A stretch of 64,000 nt of DNA. It comes from the human T2T-CHM13v2.0 reference genome, Homo sapiens. The translations under genes were made by a program, and so were the position numbers. Positions 27,154-39,128 of the stretch are shown here, one piece after another. The stretch spans positions 22,400,001 through 22,464,000 of the forward strand of contig CP086569.2 in the NCBI GenBank assembly GCA_009914755.4, given 5' to 3'. Position 1 is the first letter of the stretch. Every line of letters starts with the position of its first letter. The notes under the pieces are model-generated. The model saw nothing but the letters and a program-made list of their open reading frames with translations, did not search any database and was not told the DNA's origin.

Positions 27154-28577
27154 TTCTATTTTCAGTAGAGACCAGGTTTCACAATATTTGCTCGGGCTGG
27201 TCTTGAACTCTTGTCCTCTAGTGATCCACTCACCTCATCCTCTGAGAATGCTGGGATCCAGGCGTGAGCCACAATGCCCACCCAGTTTTATGCATTTGTC
27301 TCTTCAGTAATCTCTCCTATTTTATTATTTTATTCTCTTTTTATTTCTGAGACAGAGTCTCGCTGTGCTGCCCAGGCTGGAGCACAGTGGTGTGATCTCA
27401 CTTTACTGCAAACTCCATCACCAGGATTCAATGGATTCTCCTGCATCAGCCTTCCAAGTAGCTGGGATAATATCCATGGGCCACCAAGCTTGGCTAGCTT
27501 TGGTATGATAGTAGACATGGCATCTTGCCATGTCTAATTTCATATCTATTTTAAAGCTCAGTTTATAAGCAATACTGACTTCCTGGAATGTTTTCTGTTT
27601 ACAAAACTATAGTACTATTATTTAGCCTCCTCAGATAAAATATGATAACACACAAAACATACACACACAGACAAAGACACGGTCAGTGATCAAAAAATCA
27701 GTGTAGGCCACGACCTAAAATGGAAGGTGAACTGCTGCAGTTGCCTAGAATTAAAGCAGACCAGAGTTGACCCATACCAGGCTGAGAGATGTGAACAGAG
27801 GCTTTCAAACAACTCTATCAGATACATGTTAGATTATTCTCCAGCCATAGCGAAGGGGCATTAAAGATCTGTTGTGTTTAGAAGAGTCTCGATGATTTGA
27901 CTTTTCCAGGGTATTAGCATTCATGATGTTGGCCTTTACAGCTCTCTGCAATTAAGTCAGTAGACAACTCAGTTTTTCTAGGAGTCTAAAGTGCTTTTCA
28001 GAATTATCTAAAGCTTAGTGGCTTAAACAATAATTATAATTTACTAACTGTCAGTCTCTGCAATCCCCCGCAGTCACTCAGCCAAATGATTGTGGTTCTG
28101 GGGCACTCAGGAGGACGCAATCTAGTGATGGCCAAGGTTGGGGACGTTGGCGGGTGTCTTCTCATCTCCCTGGTGCCATGGCTAGCGTGACTCAAATAGC
28201 AGGGGCTGGACTGCTGAGATGCTCAGACATCTTGTTCTGTTTCTTTGAGTCTCTCCATTGGATGTCCCTTCTGCATAGTGTCATCAGGGTGTTAGACTTC
28301 GTGATGTACTGGTCGGGGGCTCCTAAGGGGGATGAGAGCAGGAGAGTTAGGCAGAGCTGTGTCACCTTTTCTAAACTAGGCCAGAGGTGGTCCAGTATCC
28401 AGAAAATGCTTGCACTGTTTTCTATTCATTACAAGCAAGTACTGTGTTCAGTCCCATCAGGAATATTTTCAAATGGGTGTGAGAAGAATTTCAAAGTGTG
28501 TTTTAGACCACTACAGTGGTCATGCCTAATAATTCCTTATTTTTACAAGTGCTCGATGGGTTTTTCCCAAAATAATA
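23541..28577 (+). repeat. Segmental duplication copy B (paralogue of 1-5030)
   Basis: Same evidence as above. Copy B carries an expanded (TG)n at 27113-27151 that is absent from copy A. Confidence 0.9.
24002..24300 (+). CDS. RBMY1: RBMY1 terminal coding exon (…GDSSRY*). Summing all 11 coding exons gives 1491 nt, i.e. a 496-aa ORF
   Basis: The exon is identical to 462-760. The spliced ORF from 12143 has no frameshifts and no premature stops. The AATAAA signal is at 24555-24560. Confidence 0.85.
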
Positions 28578-30334
28578 GCAGATACAGACTTTTAAACTTG
28601 AAACCTATGTATCATAGCTCTGAACATTTGGCTATATGTTGAAATAACTTGAGCAAAAATTGATTTTGAAATGAGAGTTATAAATAAAATACATGAGATA
28701 AAGTCATAAATATATGGATGAAATGCTTATAAAGAGATCAGCCTTAAAAATGTCAATAGGTCTAATATGCCACTATTTTACTATTTCTATGGATATTACT
28801 TGGATAAGAGGACAAGGACTCAGGGGTGTGCTGCTCTATCTCTTCACCTTGAAACTGCAGCTGGGGCACCAGGAGTAGCAGTTCCCGCTAACACCATGTG
28901 GTGAGGACAAGGAGTCCATTCAGGTTAAGGAGGGTGTGAGCATATTGTGATCTGGAAGAGAGATACACCTGGTACAGCAACCAGGATCAAGGTCCCTGGC
29001 ACATGTTGAAATCCCCCATGCCCAGCTGTGGCAGAGTGAATCCCTCAGCTGGTGCTGTGCCTCCAGGTATGTTCTGAAAGCAGCTGCCTGCGCTGAGAAG
29101 GATCCCCTCATTCCCTTGTCATGTGGGAGGGTGAGGCTTGTGGCCCCCGCTCTGTCTGTTCCCGCTCTTTGCCTTCCCATTATCCCACTGCTGGGTAAGG
29201 TGGCAGGACCCCGGAATGTAGAAGGGCCCTGGGTTGTTGACAGTGCCTGTGGGTGGCCATGTACTAGGAGGAGAGTCCTCACTGAGCCTCCCACGAGCTT
29301 GGAGGCGGGGAAGGAACAGTCCTGGGGCACTGGCTGTTCCAGAGTCCAGGGGTCTGTCCCAGAGAAGGCCAGGGGGAGGTTGTAAGCCTGTGGATCTGCA
29401 ATCTAGGTGGAAGACCTGTATCTGCCATGGCTGACATCATCAGGGCATGACACTCACTGGGTGGAGAGCTGGGCTTATGCATTTTACCCCTGTCCTGAAG
29501 AGACCCTGCATGCCTGGTTCTCCTGGGAACAGTGATCCTAGGGACCCCCCAGTCTGGGTCCACTCATGACCATAAGCTTAGGATCTTGTGTGCCTTGCTT
29601 CCTGTCTGCCCAGGTGAGGCATCCTGGAGAGGGTGCATGGGGCAAAGCTCGTGTGCGCACACCCAGCACTGGGACGGGGTGTCACCGGCCAGTTAGGCTC
29701 TCCTGGCCCTCTCCTGAGCTCCCACCTGGCTAAGTGGCAAGTGTCCCATCTACCTGAACCCACAGCCCAGGTTTCTCTTCCACCTACTGACCCATGCCCT
29801 CTTAGGGAGAATGCCACCCTCCCTGGAGACTCAGGCCCTGCCGGACCCACATGCTGTCCTCTCTCATGGGCCGGAGACTCTGGTGCACAGGGATTCCCGA
29901 ATAGCGAATCCCAAAGCCCTGCAGGTTTCACTGATTCTTACCTGAATGCCCCAGCCGAACACACAGGTAAACACAGGCAGCTACTAGGTTTTATATCCCT
30001 CTGGGTGTCATTTCAGGTTTATGACATCTCCTCTAGGTAGCTTGTGCCAGCCACCCTTTTCCTCCTCCCTCTGCCATTTGTGAGAACCATGAGGACTCTT
30101 TGCTTCTCCCTAGCATGCAGACTTCACGGGTCCTGAAGTTGGATTGCCAAACCCAGCGGCACCCTGCTTGCCAGCTTAAGAGCTGAGTTTGAGGCACACC
30201 TGTGGGCAGGAGTGTCGGCCCTCCCAAAACCAAGGTACACAAAGGTACACAGGCACACGTGTGCACATGCGTGCATCAGCTTAGACACACAGGCTGGACA
30301 CGCAAACTGGAATGTGCCCATACCCACACTGGTA

Positions 30335-33300
30335 CGAGGGAAACTGGGTGTCTACACCAATACTCAGGTGAGGCTTACTGCTCAGCCACGTACCCTCCCT
30401 GGACACACACAGAAGATCCCCTGCCATTTAATTGATCATCTGCAGTAGGATTTATTTTTACTTTTATACTTTTTTAACTTACCAAAGTATGTTGCATTCT
30501 TTTCCCCATCATGAAAAAGACTTTGATACAAGTAAAGAGGAAAAGCACTTTTTATAATGAAATCTTTTATCTGCATCTATATTATTAAGGCATTTAAAAA
30601 ACTTTATGTCTATTTTTTAATGTCATAGGAAATGTCTTGAGAGCCGGGGAAGCATGAATGAGGATGGCAGAGGGGATAAAGCATGTCAGGGGAGCCTGGG
30701 GTCATTGAAACAAAACGTGACAGGGCTGGGATAGCCATTCTAGAAGTACGTAGACCTAGGCACGCCCTGCGTGCACTCTAGTTGAGCCCAAACTGAGCCC
30801 CAGGTAGTAGCAGGCCTCAAGGCATAGAAGGGAGCCAGAGAAGGATGATGAGACAGCTATCCCTTGAGCCTTGCTTCTCACCCATTGACCTTTGCCACTT
30901 CTGCCTCAGGCACTTCAGGTTCCCCAATTCTGAAATATGAGTGTTACAGTTCCCTGATGGGCCTTTCTGCCCCAGTCCAGGGATGGCCTGGGATTTCTCA
31001 CTGCAGGCTCCTCCCTGAGCCTTGAGTTCTCCATGTGTGTCACAGCTGCAGGACCCACAGGCCTTTGAGCCCCCAGCTGTGGGCTGCTTACCTGGCCTCC
31101 TCTCTGTTCCCTCTCTGAGGACCTAATCCTTAGGTAGTGCTGCAGGGGATTGAGACGGAAGCCCTGACTGATGATCTGGAGGAGTGGGGAAAGTGGTCTG
31201 TGAAAGGTCAGGTCATAGTTCAAAGCCAGTTCCCAAGATGCCAAGGAAAGACCAGCAAGGTCCTTTCCCATGACGCCCCACAGCGGCCCCTGCCTCAGCA
31301 GTCCTGGCTGACCCTGAGTGGTCACAGTCAGCCAACTAGCTGAGGAAGCTCAGGTAGGCTGTGTCCTTACTGAAGGTGGGGCTTCTTCTGATGACTCTAG
31401 AACCACTGGACTACACTAGAGCCAGTGGCCCTGCATCCTGGAACAAGAGTCAAAAAGGCTCATGCCAGGCCTAGCGTCCCACACTCCACCCTCTACCACA
31501 CCAGGAGGCACTCCTTACCAAGGATGTGAACACGATATTCCTTAATGATCACTTTATTGTGGAAATAAAGGTTGTGACAAAAGGAACACTTCATCCTGCT
31601 GCCGGTACCTGGGATGGCTGAGTTCCTCCACCTGCCATGCCAAGAAGAAGAGGACAGACTCAAAGGATCCATTTCATCTATCTGGGCTGAGGGCCTGCTG
31701 ACTGGGGTGCAGCATGTGTTGCCCCTTCCCAGCTCTACCACTCAGAACCCCTGTGCCCCAGGAGGACCTCAACCTGAGCAAGACCCTGGACCCGTCCCGC
31801 AGACCCCGGCTCCTCAGGCTGAGCTTCAAATCCATCCTGTAGCTTACTTAGCAGGACTTCCTCATGGTTTCTGAACTCTGCCGACATGTAGGTGTGCTGC
31901 ACAATCTGCCTCTGGTCAAGGAACCTCCAGATGATTGGGTGGGCATGCCAGGAAACACCCCACAACTTTGCAAGAGCTGGGAGAGTGTTTGGCAGGGCTA
32001 TCCCAAAACCTTTGACCTGGTACCCTGCATTGGTGGTCCTGTCTCTGTCCAGTGTTGGGGGCATGGTAGTGGTTGTGGTGGTCTTGTGGGAGGGTGGAGG
32101 GAGGCCCGGAAAGCTCCTGCCAACAAGGAGCGGGCGGCACAAGTAGGCAGGGGATTGGGTGTGGGGTGCTGTTGTGTGAGGCGGCTGTATCTTCAGAGTT
32201 GCTGAGCTGCACATGGTCATTGTGTGCTGGATGCTGGACTGGCTCTGCTGAGGGTGTCCAGGTGTGCAGTCCCCTCTTCTCCTGGTCTTCCTGAGGGGTG
32301 GGCGTGTTCACTTGAGGGAGCTGCTGTGGATAGAGGGGACTGCAGGGCTGTGCCTGTTGCTCCCCATGGGGCTTCCATGTGTGTAATGGAGGTGTTTGTG
32401 CAACGGAGGTTGTATATGCTCAGCTCTTTGGGTGCAGTACAGGCAGAAGGAAGAAAGCGTATCTGGGGAGTTTGTGCCTGCCTTGCAGAGGACAGCAGCC
32501 CAGTGCACCGTGAACCCAAGTCTTAAGCACCTTGTGTTTCTGGGGTAAGGCTGCTGGCCACAGACATGGGCAGCCAGGGTGGTTTCTATGGCTGGCATGG
32601 GCTTGCAGACTCCCCTTCCTCCAAGGACTTTCTCATGGAAACATGCCCTTCAAGTTTCTGCTGTGAGTGAAGGGTCCATGGGGCTCCTATTCTCCCTTGT
32701 GAGTGCTGAGCTTGGCTCCCAGTCCCTACCATGTGCTCTCAGGGCACCCCCAAGCAAGCTGCCCTCCTATCTGCAGGACCCTGGCCTCAGCTCCCTTCGC
32801 TATCCCCCATCCCCTGCCTCCTGGTTGTCCCCGTGTGCCCCTTGCTTGGCTCCCCTGCTCCCCACCCCAAGAAGCCAGATGCCCACCCCCTGCTGCCAGT
32901 CATTCCGAATGGGCAGCTGCAAAGATGTGCCTCTGGCCCAGAAGCTGGAGATGCCCTGGCTGATGGCCCCTGTGCCATCCAGGCTGGGAAGGCACCTCTG
33001 CCAAAGCTTACATCTCAGCTGTGGGCAGGCCATGTGGACTGGTTATTCATGGAACTCTGCTTCAAGTGAAGGGCCTCCAGCGAGTCTGTGGCTGGCTGGG
33101 GTGTGCTGGATCCAGGGCCAGGCTGTCTGCTGGTCCTCCACCAGGCTCCATGTCAGGCTTCTCCTCAACCACCACCTGGACCATGCCATGATGTTGTCCA
33201 CCACCAGCACCTTCTCCTCCCCCAAGAGTGCCTTCGAACTCTGCGCCCTGGCTGCCCTCTCCTGCAGAGCCTCCAATTTGAATGGGGTGCCTCCTTTGGA

Positions 33301-33350
33301 GGTCCCACTGACCATGACCTGCACTGTCCACTCACTGTCCACTCCACGTC
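30335..33350 (+). repeat. Diverged paralogue of 6405-9800, representing a degenerate third iteration of the tandem unit; no RBMY1 gene follows it
   Basis: Same evidence as above. It is followed by an L1 3'-end fragment and then unique AT-rich DNA. Confidence 0.75.
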
Positions 33351-33389
33351 CAGATAAGTATATCCTTATAGTATACTTAAAAAAAAAAA

Positions 33390-33815
33390 ACCTTAAAAGC
33401 ATTCCCATTTCTCCACATCCTCTCCAACATCTGTTGTTTTCTGACTTTTTAATGATTGCCATTCTAACTGACATGAGATGGTATCTCTTTGTGGTTGCAA
33501 GGTCATGGATGAAGCTGAAAACCATCATACTAAGCACACTATCACAAGGACAGAAAACCAAGCACCGCATGTTCTCACTCATAAGTAGGAGTTGAACAAT
33601 AAGAACACAGGGACACAGGGTGGGGAACACCACACATGGGGTGGTTGGTGGGATGCGGGGCTGGGGAGGGATAGCATTAGGAGAAATGCCTAATGTAAAT
33701 GATAAGTTGATGTGTGCAGCAAACCAACATGGCACATGTATCCCTATGTAACAAACCTGTACGTTGTGAACATGTACCCTAGAACTTAAAGTATAATAAA
33801 AAAAAAAAAAAAGAA
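33390..33815 (+). mobile_element. L1 3'-end fragment with poly(A)
   Basis: It contains characteristic L1 3' strings, including tgtgcagcaaaccaacatggcacatgtatccctatgtaacaaacctgtacgttgtgaacatgtaccctagaacttaaagtataataaaaaaaaa. Confidence 0.8.
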
Positions 33816-34894
33816 AAAAAACTGAAAAGGAAAAATAGCTCTACAAACCCAAATACTAAATAGAAAATTAGTATCAGTGGCCTAGAATCTAACTTGCATT
33901 AAGATATCACAAACATTCAGCAGATAGTTTCTAAATGCCACAGTAAGCCTGGCAGTCTGCAAGAAGCTCAGAAAAACATGGTCCTTCTGAGAGTGCAGTT
34001 GTTACAGGCACAGAGATAAATGAGGAATAATAAGTGTGATAACTGCTGTAATAGGCAAATACAGGAAATAGAAACCACATTTTCCTCATTTATGAAACAC
34101 AAGTTTAAAAACCCTTTTGAAGTTCAAATGAGAATATTTGCTGTTACTGTATAAACTGTCAAGTAGCTATACAAATTTTTTTTTCTCACAGTGATTTATA
34201 TCATGTGTGTATTACATGGTTAGTGAAGCATTCTCATAAAGGAAACCTTGAAATGTGTCCGCTGTTCAGTTTTTGTTTTTCAACTGTTTCAGTCATTGTT
34301 ATTTATCATATTTTCCCTAGGGGATTTTGAATTTTAAAGAGAATATGTAAAAACTGAAAAGAGAAGGACAATGAAATTGCAAGACTACAGTCATAATAAT
34401 TTCCTTGATTAATTCAATTGTTTATAGAGCAAGATTAGATTATATTTCTCCCAAAAGATTCTTGGAGAAATTCTAAGATGATGCACTCATTGTTAGAAAT
34501 TGCCAAGTTGTTGCTTAAGTTAGACTTAACACTTTTTAAGCCTAAAGATACAGTAATAGTTATGTATTTAAACAGGGAAAATAGGATTTTTAGTGCTACT
34601 TTCTCTCACCTGGAATAATTATAACTTTTAAATTGGTCTTTATGTCAATTTAAATTTTTCATTATTCTACGTCATGTTTTGGATAAGCCATGTATTTTTA
34701 AATTTATTTTCATCCTTTTGGTACTTCTGTGAGAAACTGCAGACTTAAATTCATATCACAACTATGTTTCAGTTTTACTTCTCTGTTCCTAAAGGTTCAC
34801 AAAAATAAAGAACTCCACTTACGCTTGTATCTTTCAGCAACCTTATTTCAGAAAACGGTGCATATTACTGCAGAAATCACATGGACAGGTCCAA

Positions 34895-34992
34895 AGCGGG
34901 GAGGAGGAGGATGAGGAGGAAGAGGAGGAGGAGGAGGTGAAGAAGAAGAAGAAGAGGAAGAAGAAGTAGAAGAAGAAGGAGGAGGAGGAGGA
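34895..34992 (+). repeat. Pure purine GGA/GAA-type tract of ~100 bp
   Basis: Reads ggaggaggaggatgaggaggaagaggagg...gaagaagaaggaggaggagg. Confidence 0.9.
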
Positions 34993-36905
34993 AGCGGCAA
35001 GCTTTTAAGTCTATACATTAGTATCACTGTGTCAGAAACTCAGTAGTCATAGTGAAATAAAAACAATGATCACAGTCAGTCAATTCCATCTCATACCTAG
35101 ACTGAAATATGAAACTTCTAAAGAAAAGAAAGTTAAGAACTTTGGGCATATCAAAATGTTCCTATACAGATAAAATTATTGGTGACTTTTTCTCACTAGA
35201 AAACATACAATTCCATGCTTTGTATATGTGTAAATAAAAATATTTTTATTTCCATCAGTTATGATGTGCAAGCAAGTAATAAAGTGAAAGTACACTAATA
35301 AAATGATATAAGGAAATTTCTCTGTGTCAAAAAATTCCATTGAGGCCATTAATTTTACAAAAACCACGGAGAATGCATGGTGAAACTACACTATACAGTA
35401 CTTTTTAGTATTTTACTTGCATTTTAAATAATCAACAAAGGAAAGGAAATTCTTAATCATTATTTATTACCAATAACATTATTCTACTCGAATAATCCTT
35501 TTGAGATTAAGTATTTTAAATAAAACTTTAAAAACAAATTGTATTGACTGATACCAGCTTTCAATGAAATAACACTTCTGTATTTGTAGTCATGTGAAGT
35601 ATAAATTTCTCCTCACAGTGGATCTTTTATAACACCAGTTTTATTGATTTCTCTGATAGAAACCCTGTGATAGCTCATGCATGGCTTTACTGTAACCATA
35701 CATTACATGACTCCAGAGAGTAGCCTTCAAATAGATGGAAAAATTATATTTGTGACAAAATTCTAAGAAAGGGAATGGTAAAATGGGAGAATAATTTCTA
35801 AATTTCTAACTGTTCATCAGTGGATTTGGATATATTTAGATATAGACAAATATTAGCACACTGCAAGTTTGCACATGTGTATATAAATTTATATGAGATA
35901 CCCATAATGTGTGGGTTGTGTAATATTTTAATCCTCAATTTTACATGTGGGAAATTTGGTAAGAGTTTATCTTTATCAAATAATCAATTTGAAGTACTAT
36001 ACTCAATTTGATGTAAAACCAACAAAATCTCTGTCAACATTCACTTTAATTGATCCAATAATGTTAACTGATGATAACTTCATTCTCTTTGTCCCCTGTT
36101 GGCAGCCTGAAAGTTGATTCTCACTCTAATTCATCACTCAAGGTGCCATCCACAAGACACTAACTTTGCTGTGGATTGTGACTTCTCACGCCAACACTTT
36201 TTTCCTGTAACAGTCCTACCTTTGTATATTTAAAGAATTTGTACATGGCTAAAAAAAAATAAAAGTGCTGTGAAATGTCAGGCCATGCTGTGAAATTTTC
36301 CATTGTTTCTATATCTCTGGTTGAGCTTTCATGTTATAGAGAACAAGAAAAACAATTCAGTATGTTTCTTAGTATCCAGTCCAATGCACCCTTTCTTATT
36401 AATAGCAAACCCGTCTATTCAAGGCACTGACATCTAAAGACAGCTAGATATATCAAAATCTCTTCTCATAAAAAACCTTTATATTAATCACTGTTGCCCA
36501 GATCTGGACTCTGACTGTGAAATCCTCCGGTGGAAATTGCTGTAATGGCTCACACTATGGGAATGACTATTTTTCTGCATAATTATTGTTGTCAACTTAG
36601 TGAAGAATATCACATTAGATGGTAGCTCTTAGATACATAAACCCTAGTGATTAATTTTTAATGTCCAGCATTTATGATATTGCACAAGTAAAAATCTTTG
36701 ATAAATGATTAGCTGAGCAATGACTTAAATAACAGCAGTTCAAACATTAATTTACTTACTAGAAGTGCCATACATCATTAACTCCTGGTGAAAACAAAGT
36801 TGGGAAATTTCAAGTGCTGAATTGGTTACTAAATTATGTATTTCATGGTATTGTATAAAACTATCCTTGCCGTGTATGATGCCTCACCTGCAAGGATGCA
36901 ACTTT

Positions 36906-36906
36906 A

Positions 36907-36957
<51 letters not shown>
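36906..36957. repeat. (AT)~26 microsatellite
   Basis: Seen directly as atatatat... Confidence 0.95.
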
Positions 36958-36959
<2 letters not shown>

Positions 36960-37231
36960 TTGGTTCTTAATATCTCTCTACATTTGCCTTCAAAACCTCA
37001 ACACAAAAACACCCATGTATTTGACATGTACTTGACTTTCAGCTGACTTGACTACCAGTTATTAGGGTTTAAGTAAACAAAGATTTCAAAATTTGTTGAC
37101 CAAATATGAGAAATCACACTCTCACCATAAGAAATAATTCTTCTTAAGTGCCACTGCAAATGCAAAATTGAAAGAAGAAATGGAGTCTAACATATTGCAA
37201 TATTCTAAAATTTAAAATTTCCTCTTTGAGA

Positions 37232-37485
37232 TCTGGTGGTTCATGCCTGGAATCACAGCTCTTTGGGAGGCTGAGAAGGGAGAATTGCTTCAAACCCAGA
37301 GTTGGAGACTAGCACAGGCAACATAGCAAGACCAATCTCTACAAAGGTAACTAATTAATTAATTAATTAAATTGGGCATAATGGCACACACCTGTTTTTC
37401 TATTTACTCAGGAGTTCAAGGTTCCAGTGAGCTGTGATTGCACACTGCATTTCAGCCTGGGCCATGGGGCAAGACTTTGTTTCTA
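37232..37485 (+). mobile_element. Alu (sense, degenerate) with an internal (TTAA)n
   Basis: Contains ggtggttcatgcctggaatcacagctctttgggaggctgag. Confidence 0.65.
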
Positions 37486-39128
37486 CATAATAATTCAATA
37501 TAACAAAACAAAGTCAAAATAAAAACACTTTCAGGTGTTCTTTGGAAGTTTGTATAATTGCTCCAAAGCATAGACATTGTTTAAAGTTGAGCAGTTCATG
37601 GGGAATTGGCAGTGAACATTGTTTGTATTGTTTTCCAAAAATTAGGATAATTATATTAGAATATTATATGTTAATATCTAATAACCTTTCGTACAATAAG
37701 TATTGACAAATGACAAGCTATTGTGTTTATAGATATTTCCTTCAAAATAGTCATAGTTTAATTGGAGAATAAAGAGAGCAGCAATAATTGTAATGTACTC
37801 TGACAAGTGTTAAAATAGACACAATTTAGTAACTTGGAGAGGAATGAAGTTCTTAACGGGGTTTGCAGCGGTTTGGGGAACATTCTGAGGGCAGGAACAA
37901 TTGATTGGATCAGTAAGGATTCGAATTTGCATGAAGAATGTTTGGAAGAAAAACATTGTAGAAAAAAAGAAACATTCTTTTTGTCAATGAAAGAAGTACT
38001 AACAATGCATATGAGGCCATCTGACCAATTCTTAGACCATACTAGCTCACTAAATATTTCTTGAATGAATCCATGAAAGGAAGCTATTGGGAAAACGATT
38101 CTGGAAGGGATTTTCAAAATCCTATAAAGGAAAGTTAAATACCCTGGACTTTACAATTTTGCCTGCTTTTCTTTATGTTCTTATTATGTCTACTACTTCA
38201 TAAGCTCTGTTTTATTTTTTGGTCTTTTCACAAATATCATGCATGAATTGTTCCTGATACTACTTCACTCTTAATCTCTTCATACTATATTTCTCTCTGA
38301 TACTCCTTTGTTTGAGGTCCTGGGTTTGTATGCCCACAGATAACATCACTCACCTCTCCCTGGCACTATTCTGTTATAGAGAGGCCTGGCCCCTGAGAGG
38401 CACGGTTCCTAGGCTCACATAAAATTGACTTTCTATTTTAGTTCAGTTAATGGGTGACACTGCAGAGATTAGAGAACAAGATGAGAGAAGCCAGTTTGTT
38501 TCCCTTTCCTTCTCAGTAAGAGATATGTTTCCACAGTGATTCCACGGCCTTCAGGACATGCTCTCTGTGTTTCCATTTTCTATGTAGTGACCCTAATCCT
38601 AGACTGGTTCTTCTAATGCTGTCTTCTCCAATTGTCTTCTCTAAAGGATTTGGGTACTATTTTTGGAGTTTTAAATTTAAAAAATATTGATATGGAAGGG
38701 GGGCAGGGACGTGTCTGGTAGAGGAGGGTGTGGTTCTTGGCTAGGGCTCCACCAACAGGACGATGCTCACTGACCTAGGATAAACTAAATTAACACCATG
38801 TAACATATGCCCAATGGGGATTCAGGAGCTGTAAAAATTCACCCCTGGATGCTGCCTGGGGTCGGAGCCCCAAAACCTGTTCTCATTTCTTGCCCAGTAA
38901 TGGGGGATAAGGAACATTTTCCTGTTTCAATATGAATCTGTTTCCAGTGCAGTATGTTTTCTGCAATACTGCAGTGTTACTTCATTGTATATATTTAACT
39001 AAATAAGTTACAAACTGTAACTAATATGAGAAGAAAATAAATGGTGGAGAATAAGGAAGAAAAATGAAACATTGTGTTTAACAATGAATGTAAACAATTA
39101 TAAGTATGATTAATCAATATGTCAGACC

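Noticed and set aside
32579-33595. 338-aa ORF (+), together with many overlapping 60-230-aa ORFs on both strands between 6.9-9.8 kb and 28.9-33.7 kb
   Set aside because: High GC content generates long open frames on every strand. The ORFs overlap one another and run into an L1 fragment, with no family resemblance. They are noted as a low-probability relic in the findings.
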